The notes below the pieces were generated by a model. The model was not told the DNA's origin. It worked only from the letters and a program-made list of their open reading frames with translations, and ran no database searches. From Hypanus sabinus (lineage: Eukaryota), in NCBI RefSeq assembly GCF_030144855.1, contig NC_082731.1, positions 22,072,001 to 22,136,000 on the forward strand: a DNA stretch of 64,000 nucleotides. The letters are read 5' to 3'. Shown in pieces: positions 25,200 through 38,656 of the stretch. Both the position numbers and the translations under genes were made by a program. Numbering within the stretch: position 1 is the first letter of the stretch; each line of letters starts with the position of its first letter.

Positions 25200-25806
25200 T
25201 AATACCATAAGATACAGAAAGAGAATTAGTCCATCCCCATTGCGTCTGCTACGCTATTTCATCATATCTAATCCAATATCTCCCAGTTCCAATCTTCTGT
25301 CTTCTCCTCGTATCCATTCGTGCTTAAACCAATGAATAATCTGTCGCCCTCTTCCTTAAATATACTTGAAGACCTGACCTCCGCATCGGTCTATGGCAAG
25401 TAAATCCATAAATTCACCCTTGCCTGGATAACGTTATCCCTTTTCAGCTCCTTTCCATCAACCCATTTCACCATTCGATAGTTTTAATTGAGGTAACCTC
25501 CCATTCTTCTGAATCTCAGTGATTACAGGCCTGGAATAGTTAAATGTTCTTTAAAGAAAAAAAAAATTAAACCATAGAACCATTTCGTGAATCTCCTTTG
25601 GACCGTCTCCATGTTCAAGACATCCTTTCTGAGGGAATGTAGTATGCTCACTTAATATTGCCAGTGAGGCCTCGCCAGTGCTTCACAAAATCTCAACAAT
25701 ATGTCCTTGCTTTTACCATCTCGTCCTCTTGAAAATAATGATTCAGGTTCCACAGACTCAACCTGCGGACTTATCTGCAAAAACGCGGAAATCCTTGTTC
25801 ACCTCC

Positions 25807-25854
<48 letters not shown>

Positions 25855-27200
25855 TGTGTTCTCACTACATGTAGAAAATAGCTAAACATTTCATTTCATC
25901 CACCAAAGAGTATAGCCGTGCAATTCCCAGAATTGTATTCCATCTGCTATTTTTTTTTTGCCTATGCCTCTAATCTTTCTAAGGCCATCATCATCACTCA
26001 ACCACTCAACATCGAAATCTTTGACATAATGTAAAACGCAAAATTAATCGATTCCACATTGATCCCAGTGAAACCCAACCAATTACAGATAACCTACCAG
26101 AAAACACTCAATACTTCTCACTCTCTGCTTCCTACCAATCAACTGCAGCTTTATCCATGCTCGAATCTTTCCTGTAAATCCAGGGCTCATAGGTTGTTTA
26201 GCATCCTTATGTGTGGCACCTTGTTAACGGCCTTCCGATAATCCAAGCACACAAAATTAACCAATTTTACTTTTCTTATCTTGCTCTTAATTCCGCAAAT
26301 AATTCCAACAGATTTGACTGTGAAAATATTCGTTTGAGGGAACATTACAGATTGCGGCCTACTTTAATCAATGCTTTGAGTTCCATGACAGTTTCTGAAA
26401 AATTGAATCCCAACATCTTCCCAAACAGCGAGGGCAGACTAACAAATTTATAGTTCCCTTCCTTGTCCATTTCTCCCTTCTTAACACTAAGAGTGTCATT
26501 TGCAGTTTTCTGGAACCAATGCAGAACCTCGTGATTCTAGGAAAGAAAAACATTTCTTCTGACTTCAAGAATTTTTCAGCCTCTTTCAAATTTCAGGTGT
26601 GTAAACGAGAAATTGGTCCAGGTGTGTTATCTACATTAAGACCTTTAAGTTTAGCAATAACTTTCTATTTACAGTAACCTCTCACACTGCATCCGCCCTG
26701 CCACCTGGAACTGCCAGCATTCTGCTGGTCTCCTTCACAGTGAAGACAGATAGAAAACATACACTTTGTTCTACCACATTTCCCCTGGACAACACCTTTC
26801 TCCAGTGGTCCGATAACCATCCCGATTTCTCTTCTATACATTATTTGGCTGAAGCAACATTAGATATCCTGATGAATTACTTACATATTTCATAATTCCC
26901 TTCTTAACGACTTACTTAGTTGCATTTGACGATCTTTGAGAGCTTCACAATTCACTACCTTGCTACTAATCTTCGTTCCGTTATACGACTTCTCTTTAGC
27001 TTTTACGTTGGCTTCAACATCTCTTGTTATCTACGTTGTGACATCTTTTCTTTAGAATACGTTTCATCTTTGCGATACATATCCGAATTACTTGTAGAAG
27101 TTCTGTTAATTGTTGTTCTGCCGTCGTCCGTGTCAGTGTTATTTTCCACCCTGCTGATGGCAACGTTGGTGGGAGTGAACAATTTCCGGTGGGCCGAGGC
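25200..27200 (-). mobile_element. CR1 fragments with embedded (TA)n microsatellite (25810-25852)
   Basis: Reverse-complement similarity to the CR1 3' end and ORF2 of other copies in the window. Confidence 0.65.
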
Positions 27201-28048
27201 GCCTGAATTGTGCATAGATTTTCAATGTTTCTATGTTTCTAGCAGCTCTGCATCCTATTGTAATAATATAGTCTGCTAGTCTTGTTGCTGCTGGACAGTC
27301 CACAGCCAATACACAAGTAAAAAAATACTGGTGCATTATTGAACAATGTAAAATCTTGTGTGGCTTATATTGTCATTTTATTTAATTAGATAGATCGTTT
27401 CCTCTCCAGCACCCGCGATCCCTGATGTTTGGTTGCACAGAACCTGAATTATTTCTCGGTTTTTTCCTTCTGAATTGGAGTTCTCAGCTGGAAAGTTGAT
27501 GCCTTTCTGCAAGCACTGACTGACTTGTTGATTATGTTTCGTGCTGTTTTTCTTATATCGAATAATTGAAGATTTCATTATTTACTGTTCCTGAGCAACT
27601 CCTTGATGTTATTACTGGGAACCCCTCTCCCACTCCCCCCCACCTCGTGTGCTCCACAGCTCTGGATCCAATCCAATTCGGGTCTCCTTCAGATTAAACT
27701 GTTCCCCATGTCATTGGCAACAAACAAAGGTATTGTATATCACCTTTCAAAGTGGCTCGTGAGAAAATAAGCCAGCAAAATTTTTCTAAAAAACCACGTG
27801 ACTCAGTATTACATGGGTGATGGTGAGAAATCCGCTTTCAATTACCAGCACACGTCTCGGTATCATTCGGGTTCAAGTAAACAGGAGAATAGCATGTTTC
27901 GATAAAGGAAATAACATTAGTGATGAATAATGTGTAACAACCCTGCATTCAAAGTTATCATTTACCAGGAAATCACAAACTTTAAAAAAGCATAAAATCA
28001 AGGGGGAAGTACTGTATACTTACCCATACCAATTTTGGGAGGAGTGAC

Positions 28049-28581
28049 ATGCACGGCAATGGTCTCGTGATACTGTAATCATCACTCACCATCGGTAAGA
28101 ATACAAGATTTTCTCCATTATCATCAAGTGTTGTTCTGCCAGATACCCATAAAGTGAGACTCTGAGAAAAATGAAAATCAATTCAATTGAACAGAATACT
28201 GGATTTTCTGACAATTATGAAAGTTACAAACAGATTTTAAGTTTTCAGACCGTTAGGTTTCTGAATGTTTGAATTGGAAAATCAGTTATACTTCACCTTC
28301 AGTTACAGAATCGCCCGTATAATCACATTCAGATTCAAAAGCCTTTCACCTGAGTTGGATTTTTTTTAAATATTATTTTTACACCGATCTCATACAAAGC
28401 ATGTGCTGTGCAAAAAAATAATCAAGTGTAAAGACAGTTGGATCAAACGGCAGCTATATATATATATCCGGCCAAGCAACTATATAATAATATTTTAATA
28501 TCCATTATAATATCTGATATTGCAGCTTACTGTTGTATTAAGCATTGAGAGCAAAGGTAATACTGCACCGGGGAAATAAAT
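28049..28581 (+). pseudogene. Decayed TCR V pseudogene (leader 28049-28094, V exon about 28200-28542, decayed RSS)
   Basis: 46-nt leader-size exon MHGNGLVIL*SSLTI-G|gtaaga. One frame GKSVILH...QLDQTAA...ISDIAAYCCIK (D-x-A-x-Y-x-C at 28516-28536). CATTGAG + 23 bp + GAAATAAAT. Confidence 0.6.
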
Positions 28582-28904
28582 CTCGTTTGTCATGTAACTC
28601 AGTCCAACGTGACTGGAACCGGAGTTAAATGAAGCGATTCTTTTTTTCTGCCTTGTTGATTCTGTCACAAAATTACTCGGACAAAATAGATAGAATAAAA
28701 TGCAAATGAAATAAAATAAAATTAAATTAAATACGGGGCATTCTCCCTGGCTGCATACCTGTGAGCACGAGAAATAATACATCATATGCCTGGTATCTAT
28801 AGTTTGCAGTTATACATGGAATGATGGGTAGCCCGATTAGTACCATGGGCTCAGGCAGAATTTGATTCCTGCTGTTGCACTCTTTTACGCTTTCCCTATT
28901 TGGC

Positions 28905-28937
<33 letters not shown>

Positions 28938-31020
28938 CCTCAGGAATATAAGAGACATGTTTACAACAGCCAGTGGGGCTAGCTGGATCAGAGAGCAAGG
29001 GGATTTTGTTGAAGTCAGGATATTTTCCTGCCTGAAGGTTCGTGGGGAAAAAAGAGCAGGAATATAGCTGGTTAAAAACAGAAAAAAAAACATTTTACTT
29101 TTAATTGTCAGCGACCCGAACTTATATATTCCTTCACATTAATGGGAAATATAATAAAATCTAACGAACGTGACGGACTGCGCTATCATTTTTCTTGATT
29201 TCTTTGTTTTTGTTTCTCTACGTAATGCCCCAAACATACTGCGATATCATTGTCTAATATATTACTTCTTGGACTGGCACCACACCGTCGCTCATGAATC
29301 GCTGGGAATAAATCCCCACTCTAAACAATATACTGGAGTCAGATAGTGAAAAGTGTACATAGCAACTTGCGGGTACCATTCTGATTGGTGTCCTATATAT
29401 TGGGCCGATACAGCCGAATAATGACAAATCATCAGAACACTCCGCATCTTACGAACAATATTTCCAATCCTAACTGCAGGCAGGCCGGATGACTTGTGGT
29501 GTGTCCAGGATAGACGGGGTGTCAGGCAGATAGTTCTGCCCATGTACCGTTATACAGGACACATGCCATTTTGGCCGTTCTGCCATCAGAGCCTCGATCG
29601 TAAACGGTGATGCTAGTTTCCTCTGCAGGAGGACAGTCAATACCTGAGGACAGTTACGTATTATGAGCAATAATGTGCCTTACCCGGATTGTCTCAGGGT
29701 TTTACTGATTATCCAGCGATATTTGCAGGTACCGTACACTTCCCCTTTGCCAACCGCACTTATGATTTTCTAATATCCCTCTACGTTTATGATGCTCCCA
29801 GTTGTCTACCAATCCATCATGTTGATGACGATCAATCTAATTGCGTTTTATTCTGGATACTCTCTTCAGTTACCTGAAGAGGTAACCGTCGCCGTTGGCC
29901 AGGTGCAGATGTCGCTAACATGGAGACAGATACGGATGTGCAAAAAAAGAAGGAACAACGGTAAGTGCGAAAAGAAAGAAACTGAGAAACAGAGATAAAT
30001 AAACAACAATACAGCACAATAGCTCTGTCACACAAAATGGCTTTTCCTGACTGATGTAGTCAGTGATTGTCTTTTCGGAAATCCCCGAAATATTTGATAT
30101 ATAACGTATCTCTCAGGAACCGCCCTCTGTCTGAGATTTACCCTTGTAGTTATCGTTTTTTTTGACGGTATCGGCAAAAAGTTATCTTTTAGATTTTCCA
30201 CTGTTTATCGATTTGGCATGCCTCTCGACTGTGCCACGGAAAAGGTAATTTCGCTAGCTGCAGGACAACGTCGTCGGAGAGCTATCGCAGTCCGGGAACG
30301 TGGCAACAGAGATGAGAGAAATTTGTCATGTATTTATAAACAGTACATTAAAATTAGGGTGTCGCTATCATGAAGAAGCCAAGGTTTACATTATCAGATA
30401 TCAAGCCAGTGTTGCTGTTTAAGAACTCTCATCAGTCAAAAACATTTCTTCAAGAAACTTTTATTTTTTTCAATTTGTCTTTCTGTGCCGGCTTTTAACC
30501 ATTATAACATCACCACATGGTGTTTGGCTCCAGCACCATGTTTCATCGTACTTCTCTTGCTTTCTGCACATAGTTCCTTTTTGATGTACGTCCTGACAGC
30601 TTTGTTTTCCAAATCAGGAGCTGCAGAATTCGCTTTGCTAATTGTCCATATCTGTGAAGAAATGTTATTGAGTGACAAAGTTAAGGTTGTCTCTCATTCA
30701 AAGATGTAGCCAACCCAGAAAAGCGTTTGAGGCAGTGCTGCTCTTTATTATTTTCTAGTTTTCCTGCACTTCCAGTGTTGCAACGCTTTACTGTCTTCCA
30801 GTACCTCGTTGCATCTGGGGCCACTGCCGTTATTTGTCGCATCGGGGGCAATAGCCGGAGCACGCAATAAGAGGACGCGTTCCTATTGGATGTTCTTTTT
30901 TTATTATTTCCTGCCTTTTATATCAAAAGCACGATCCATTTAAACAGTAGAATCGGAATTTCCTGAAACCTGTCGAGAATTTGTTGACGAGAAAATCGCT
31001 CAACCCAACATTTAAACAAA

Positions 31021-31468
31021 ATGTGGAGGTTCGTCATCTGGATCGTGTGCGGAGCGTTTGTAACTGGTTTGTACGCAACAGACAATTCGTACGCCTGCTC
31101 GAAACAGAATTCTTCGAAAAACCTCAATATAATTTTTCATTTCTTGACGTTATTTTGTAGATACAAGTCAAGGAAACTCCGTCACTCAGACAGTGTCAAG
31201 GAGGGTGAAGACAGAAGAGGAATCTGTGACTTTAAGTTGGACCTATGAAACTACATGGAACAACTATTTTTTATATTTGTATCGGCAAAGCCCAGAACAA
31301 GGTATCGAGTACGTACTGTACAAACATTCTAGTGGAACTGTAGATAAGACAGATTTTGCGAAAACTCGCTTCAATGTCGATTTGGAGGAGACAAAAAAGT
31401 TATTTAGCGTCACCATCTCAAAGCTGCAAATGAGCGACTCTGCAGATTACTATTGCGCCCTACGCCAA
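31021..31468 (+). CDS. TRAV/DV: TCR delta/alpha-type V segment V2 (leader 31021-31066, intron 31067-31160, V exon 31161-31468); open frame but Cys23 to Trp and Trp41 to Leu
   Basis: MWRFVIWIVCGAFVT-G|gt...ttttgtag|DTSQGNSVTQTV...ESVTLSWTYETTWNNYFLYLYRQSPEQGIEYVL...TRFNVDLEETKKLFSVTISKLQMSDSADYYCALRQ. The TYETTW CDR1 resembles TRDV1-type segments. Confidence 0.93.
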
Positions 31469-31507
31469 CACAGTGATGTATTCTAGTGAAATTCTCGTAC
31501 AAAAATT
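31469..31507 (+). other. 23-RSS of V2
   Basis: Consensus CACAGTG, 23-bp spacer, ACAAAAATT. Confidence 0.95.
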
Positions 31508-31750
31508 CACTTGAAGTAGACTCTATATACTGCGCTCTGCAGCTGGATATTTCTCTACAATATTTTTCTGATTGTGGTTTCCCACAACCAAGAAAACCTG
31601 CTGAAGTTTCCCTCGTCTTCGTCGGTGACGATTCATCCATCCTATAACCGCACCAGTGTTTCCAATGTAGCAGTGAGGTCTATAGACTCAACTGTATCAC
31701 TTCTTTTGTGAAATACACGTTAACAGGCAAGACAAATATGAGCGATGACA

Positions 31751-31917
31751 NNNNNNNNNNNNNNNNNNNNNNNNNNNNNNNNNNNNNNNNNNNNNNNNNN
31801 NNNNNNNNNNNNNNNNNNNNNNNNNNNNNNNNNNNNNNNNNNNNNNNNNNNNNNNNNNNNNNNNNNNNNNNNNNNNNNNNNNNNNNNNNNNNNNNNNNNN
31901 NNNNNNNNNNNNNNNNN
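31751..31917. other. Assembly gap
   Basis: N run. Confidence 1.
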
Positions 31918-32059
31918 TATATGCGTACGCATGTTTGCCAGTGTATGGGCAGAATCGCATCTGATGGATGCTTTCCTTGGGCAGCATCCATTGATATTTC
32001 TTTTGTTGCAGAGATAAGTGACATTAGGGTCAGGGTTAGTGTTAGGGTTGGAGAAATAT

Positions 32060-32530
32060 ATATTTCTTTCTGTCTCTCTCTCGCTTGTTCTGTCCCTCTG
32101 AATCTCTATGCACTCTGCTGTCTGTCGGCTCGCTCTGTTTGACGATATTTCTCTCCCTCTGTTCATCTCCGTCCCTCTGTCACTCTCCAATATCTCTGTC
32201 TGTCCGTCTCTGCGGATTTCTACCCCCCCCCCGCTTCACTCACAATCAATCTCTGCATTGCTCCAGCAGTGTCTTCTGTCGCTAATCTCACGTAACTTTC
32301 GGCCTAACACTGATTCTTTCCCTTTCTATGTCTCTCCTTGTTGACCTCCTGTCTTCTTATTTAGCCTTTATCTCACTCTCTTTTTCTCTGTCGTTCTGTC
32401 TGTCTGTCTTTTATTTTGCTTTCTTTTCCTTCGCTACTAATCAATCTCCCACTCTCTCCTGCACCCTCAGTATTTTCAGCAGCCAAACTCACATAACTTC
32501 CGTCCTAACAGTGACTCTGTCACTCCCCAA
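32060..32530 (+). repeat. CT-rich low-complexity tract
   Basis: Degenerate (CT)n/(CTGT)n pyrimidine-rich sequence. Confidence 0.75.
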
Positions 32531-32599
32531 CTGTCTTATTCAGACTCATTAGCCTTGACGAAGGGCAGCATTTTAGAGCCTGGCGATCCCAATCTGGAG

Positions 32600-33500
32600 G
32601 CTATTTGACATCCATCCTGACAAGCGTGCGTCAAATCTCTCACGAGCTGGGTGAGTTGTTTCCTGCTTGATGTCACAGTACGTATTGGGGCATCTTTCTC
32701 TATCGATGTATTTGATGGCCTGTATGTTAGTGCTGATTATGTTTTGGAAAGTTTTGACTAACCGCGATAGAGCCTTCCAGCCGCATGCAGATTTGTTTCT
32801 TGGACAGGCAGTGCCACAGCAATTCAGGATATTCGCTACTGCGCATCTGTAAGTAGATATGCATAATCCATCTCTCTACTGCCCCTCAGAAAAAAAAAAA
32901 TAACTTCGCTCTCCTGACTGTTTAGGATGTATTCCTGGACCATGATCCGCTTCGAGAGATATACCCTCTGGGTACTGAATCTTCTCGCAGTGTTCAATGC
33001 TGTTACGCCAATGCACCAAACGGTTTGAGAAGTCCGTGTTCTCCTTTAGTCAGTCGCCATTTCATTTGACTTGGTAACATTTATGAAGACATTAATTCTC
33101 TGTTACATGGATGCATGCTGTTGCACCTACTTTCTATAGGCCGTTTCTTGGTGTTTGGTAATGAGTCCAACCATTGCTGTGTCTTCAACAAGTTTTCCAA
33201 TATGGCTGTTCAGGATACTGGGCGCCTGTTCGTTTGGGAACCGAGTGTACAACAGTGGGGTCAGCACACAATTCTGAATGACCCCGTGTTAAAAATGCTG
33301 GAGAGATTGAAATATGAAACAATTGTGCTCCCTGTATATCTGTGTTTTGTTGATTAGGAAGTCTAGCAGATTTCTGCACATTTTTTGCCATATTATACCT
33401 TACACGGTGAGCAGGATTCTTTAGATTAATGCATTGAACACACAACTGGAATCTGGAGAAAGCAATCTGACTAAATATCCCGCTATACAAAAAGTGTTGC
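32600..33500 (-). mobile_element. Rex1/Babar-like LINE fragment
   Basis: gtgtacaacagtggggtcagcacacaattctgaatgaccccgtg is the reverse complement of the [11 protein letters not shown] region seen at about 4925-4970. Confidence 0.65.
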
Positions 33501-34220
33501 GGAGTTATAAAACGGATAATGTCATACAGTCATAAATTACCTCGTCGCTTCCACCTGCACTCGGATCAAGGTCTTGCACACACCAACATGCATGCAGCTA
33601 TCTGCACTTCGCTTTGCTTTGAAAACGAGTTCGTATGCACGATGAATACTGACAGTTGGTCACATAGTCTCACGATGTCTGACTTAAAAAGTTTCATCAC
33701 ATGTTCCCTTGAAATGTTTGATTATTCAACTTTAACAAAAGACCTCTGGTTAAACTCCCACCCAAGCTGAGTAAATGAATGCCAGTGTATACATATATAC
33801 ACACACACACTTCATAATTGTATATACCTCTGTGAAATCTCGACTTATATCGTTAATTCTGAATAATGAAGTCAAAGCTTTAGTCCTTCCCTCATAACTC
33901 AGGTCTGCCAGACCTGGAGGAATTCTTATAAATATTCTCTGCATCATCTCAACATTATTTATCCTTTCCCGCAGGTACCTGAACTGAACTGCACACAATA
34001 CGACAAATTAATCCTCACCTACTCCTTAAACATCTTCAATGCACCATCCCTCTCTGAACCATTTATTTTTGAAAGTTTATAAGGTATTCCAAATAAATAT
34101 CGTACGTATATTCCCAGATTCCATGTTTTTCCAACCACATTCCTCAGTTCCCTTACATTAGTTGTGAAAGATTATGCTGGTTTGTCTTAACTTCGTGCAG
34201 CACAACGCAGCCTGTGACAG

Positions 34221-34660
34221 ATGAAAACTATTCTTCGATTTCCGGGTCTTCTCTTTTTATGGCGGCCTTCATGATCAACTGAAAGTTAGTTCGCTCAAAA
34301 TATATCTGAATAATAATACTGTGCAATTATTCTGATGATGCTTGTTTTCTGCTGTGCAGTCATACAATATTTTAAATGCTGTTGCCTTGTTCTTCTGACA
34401 GGGTAGGCCCTGTGAAGATCAAATCTTGCAACACCCGGAGTCATTTTATCTCATGCAAACTTCCATCCCCATGGCAGAGGGCACATGAAAGATTCCGACC
34501 TAAGATCGCTGGTGACATTTCGTTTGGCGTATCTCTTTAACTCGCAGCGGCGACCTCGTGTTTCTGCGGATGTTTTGTTAATAAAGGCACTGTTAACGCG
34601 TTTATATCTTCAGCGCATATATCTGTGTTTCCCAATTATGTACACAAAACCCATATATCA
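34221..34660 (+). pseudogene. Possible decayed TCR V relic
   Basis: Leader-like MKTILRFPGLLF with gttagt donor; acceptor ttctgacag (34401); CEDQILQHPESF start; later GTVNAFISSAHIS..NY resembling V1 FR3. Frameshifted, RSS not recognisable. Confidence 0.4.
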
Positions 34661-35339
34661 GCTCCTTTGCTCAGTAACTGCCGTTCAGCATTGCAGTATA
34701 TCCCTTTTCACATATATTTCCGTATGCCCCTGGATCACAGAATTTAGAATGGTCACGTTCTCGAAAGAGAACTGAGAATATGCTCTGGGTGCATTAAAAT
34801 AATGAACTTACATGATATTGTTACACAGTAACTCCTGTGTGCATTTTGCTAGAGTTTAATCTTATTGAACGCTAATGCTATCTTCGGAACTGTATAATCA
34901 TTTTTGAACCAGCGAGATCAGTGTTTCCAATTCAATATAGCTCAAAACTCAACTAAAGAACTTACATACTATAAAATACCCCTCTTACACACCGCTCGTG
35001 TAAAACATGACGGCCAATTGCGAAACGGGAAAACGATATTATTTCAGTTACTATTTTGTCATTAAACCTAGCTTAGACGTTACTTAAGAACATTCTAGCA
35101 GTTTCAATATGAATGTGAACCTTGAAATGTATTATTTTAGCATGAATTGAAATATCTGAATAAAGTTGTGTCAAAAAATTCTGAATTTCCCACGAGTAAA
35201 AATGTCCAATTCATTTCTGATTTTTGTGACTATACAGTTTACTGCACTGCCGACTCTTTCAAATATGTCGGACACAATGTCATCGCACATTTTTGCAATG
35301 TCACAAGCTAAAATTATTAAAATGAATTGATTTTAGTAT

Positions 35340-37100
35340 GGATGGTCTAAATAGAGGTGAGCACCTCTGACTTTGGAGACATCATTAGTCTTACAGAAAA
35401 TGCATTACTTTTCCCACACTTCCTCTGGAGTGGTAAGGAATGGGAAAGTTGAGAACATCAAAAGGTAGACAGGAGTAGAAGTCGAACATCGGTGGGGAGA
35501 AATGACGCCAGGGGTTGTAAAGGAAGGAAGGTACAAGAAATCGCATGAATTGAGCAGTTCGGAGATAATTGGGTCCAGGTGGGTGGAGAAGATAAACTGT
35601 TGAAGTAAGTAGAGGAAAACAGATAAACACGATAGCCATAGAAACAGAGAAGTTAGAAACACTTTGTATTCGAGTAAGGAGAATTACGAGGCTAACAGGC
35701 AAAAAAAAAATGTAAGCTTAATTTGGATACATATTTTTGCAAGGATAAGTACAAACAAATCTGGCAAATGTTCAGGGAATCTGTGTGTGGCGTTCTGCAT
35801 AGGTACGTACCGTTGAGACAGGGAATTTATGGTAGGGTACATGAACCGCGGTGTATAGAGGCTGTAATAAATCTAGTCAAGAATACAATAAAAGGATACA
35901 AAAGGTTCTGGCAGCTAGGTAATGTTAGTAATTTTGAAGATTATAAGGCTAACGGGAAGGAGCTTAAAATGGAAATTAAGAGCACCAGAGTGGACCATCA
36001 GAAGGCCTTGTCGGGCAGGATTAAGAAAAGTCCCAAGGCAATCTACAAGTATGTGAAGAGCAAAAGGATAAGACGTGAATGATTAGGACCTATCAAGTGT
36101 GACAGTGGGTAAGTGTGTATGGAACAGAAGGAGAGGTAGTTAATGAGTATTTAGCTTCAGCATTCTTTCTGGACAAGGGTCTTGCTGATGGTAGTGATGA
36201 CTTGCAGCAGTCTGAAAAGCTTGAGCATGTAAATATTTAGAAATATGCTGAATGTGCTGGATCTTGTGGAACGAACCAAGTTGGACAAGTGGCCAGGACA
36301 CGATTAAATATACCCCAGGCTACAGTGGGAGGTGAGAGAGGTGACAGCTGAGCCGCTGATGAATATCTTTACATCATCAATGGGGAAGAGATTTGATAGT
36401 GAAATTAAAATGATTGCGATTTATTGACATTTTCGCTATTTCAGACAGTTATAATGTTCACGACTAAATTTCCCCAGAATCTACGGTCTGTGTACATCAT
36501 AGCACAAAAATGTATATAGTGAATAACACAAAGGGCATAGGAGGAGATTTAGACTATTTGGGACCAAGGAGATTGATCCACTATTTCATGATGAACGACT
36601 CATTTTGCTTTTCGGTCCCAATCCCCTTTATTCTCCCCTTATCGCATTTAGCCTGAACAATCAACAATCCCTCAACTTATGCTTAGGCATGCTTGGGCCA
36701 TAGATATTGCTTTTCCTATCTTGGGATTACACTGGTGAGTCTGAGAAGAGGATATTGCCCCCAGAATTTATCGGGATCTTCACATCTACCAGCCAATCTG
36801 CCAATGATGAAGATGGTCTCCCAATTTCCATCGAGGCAGACAATGCCAAATATATCACCACATTTTACTGGTTGAAGTCCCTAGCCTTGTAGCTTGCACC
36901 GTGCGAAGTCTATCACAGAGGCAGGATTGTAGTTCGTGAGCTTCTCCCAATATGTTTTCGCCAGTCTGAACCAGGGACGACAGTTCGGTTGACTTCTCGC
37001 AACGAAAAGAAGGAATTGTGCTATTATTGATCAAGAATACTCCATGTACATTCCTGACGACTTGAGGTACACCTGTGACTCTAGTGATTACTTCTGACAT
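35340..37100. mobile_element. CR1 ORF2 fragments (plus about 35340-36380, minus about 36690-37100)
   Basis: RIKKSPKAIYKYVKSKR on plus; endonuclease-like minus-strand segment. Confidence 0.7.
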
Positions 37101-37431
37101 GAGTCCGATAAAATAAGTGGAAGAACATTTCGACAGGTATTACACTCAGAAGAAAGGCTGACAGACATTTGATTTCGAAGGGTACTGTTGGGCTGTATTA
37201 AAAAAAAACTGAGGTTGACTGTTGAGTTTAGTATTATGTGGTTTCTAATTTTGTGTTCTGTATATTGTTTATCTTGGAATTCGTGGGGAGTCTTGAAATT
37301 CCGAAGGACGGATTTTCATGGTGTCTTGTTTATCGAATTGTGAAACGTCACGTTAAAGGTTAGCTTGCTTGCCAGTCGGAAACCGCGTTCGGCATGTCCA
37401 TCGTTGATTGCTCTATGCAAAAGATGCAGCA

Positions 37432-37640
37432 GGTCTTTGCTGTTGGTTTGCTTCTGTGCCAAAGCACAGAAACCACGTTACAGATGTCAAAGCTCTATAT
37501 GAGTCGGATGTCCGAGAGATTCGCAAGTTTTCTCTTTATCCAAAGGAGGTCTTGTATTTTACATGGAATTCGCGATGTGCTGGGAACGTATGCTGACCCA
37601 TACTCATGTAGAGCTCGGTTTCCATCGAATGTTTGATTTG
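37432..37640 (-). pseudogene. Possible decayed V relic (3' half)
   Basis: One frame RWKP...NTRPPLDKEKTCESL, with S-L and D in register with TRAV FR3; then GAC(a)TCT GTA ACG TGG(t)TTC TGT GCT TTG (DSxTxFCAL) followed by CACAGAA. Confidence 0.35.
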
Positions 37641-38482
37641 GCATTGCTGAAAACCGTCCAGACGTAATAAAACACTTACTGAATTTGAATCGTTAATAAA
37701 TGTTTCATAAAAAGTGACCTGACTTGTCCTGACTTGAAATGTTTACCTCCGTCGTGTTTGCAGCAGAGGGCGGTTTAGATAACAAATCTGTTCCTAGATG
37801 TTTATTGTTTTTCCCTCTGTTTAATGTACTGAACCGTACTCATTGTCTTCTGTCTCACTTGTCATATAGGTGAACGCGCTTCCTCGTAACAATGATTCTG
37901 CTGAGCATAGTTGAAAATAATTTCATCCGCCGGTCAGTAAAAAGCTATCAGCACAGCAAAATGGTTAGTAAAATGTGGCCTGTTCAAATGATGCAGGAGC
38001 TCTAAGATGTTGCGTTTCTTCCGTGCCGCTGCTCAAATACAGACATCAAAGGTATACACTCTTTTAAACGAGTTCTCTTTAACACGGAGGTTGCGATCAG
38101 TGCTGAAGAAAAGTTGGGAATGAATGCTGCAAGCAGAATGTGCCGATAGATCACTGGCCAATGTGCACGCTCAGCTTGCATTCGGTGGAATGTTTAGCTT
38201 GCATGTGCAAATACTCGACACTTAATAAAGAACCTGTTGAGTCTGAATTGTTACCAAATGCTTCCTGCCTTCGATTCTGTTTTAAGGGGGGGGGGGGGGG
38301 GGGTGAGGTGTCTTTGATGTGTACATCTTTGACCAGCGCTTCTTTTATATTTTTTGCAAATCAATGGCTGATGTGCTTATTCAAAGTCAGTGATTTTTGT
38401 CCAACTTAACAAACCGTTCGACCTGCTTCGCCGTATCGATGATACTGGCGCATGTTTGAGTTTCCCTTTGCATTTACCCAAT

Positions 38483-38656
38483 NNNNNNNNNNNNNNNNNN
38501 NNNNNNNNNNNNNNNNNNNNNNNNNNNNNNNNNNNNNNNNNNNNNNNNNNNNNNNNNNNNNNNNNNNNNNNNNNNNNNNNNNNNNNNNNNNNNNNNNNNN
38601 NNNNNNNNNNNNNNNNNNNNNNNNNNNNNNNNNNNNNNNNNNNNNNNNNNNNNNNN
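38483..38656. other. Assembly gap
   Basis: N run. Confidence 1.

Noticed and set aside
29430-29470. SASYEQYF resembling a TCR J-beta motif
   Set aside because: No FGxG, no RSS upstream, followed by a stop.
29870-30180. Exon-like segment ending G|gtaagt and a CSY..RYRQ motif
   Set aside because: The putative leader is not hydrophobic, Cys-Trp spacing is too short, and there is no FR3 or RSS.
32024-32050. Four degenerate TTAGGG-like units near a gap
   Set aside because: Too short and imperfect to call an interstitial telomeric site.
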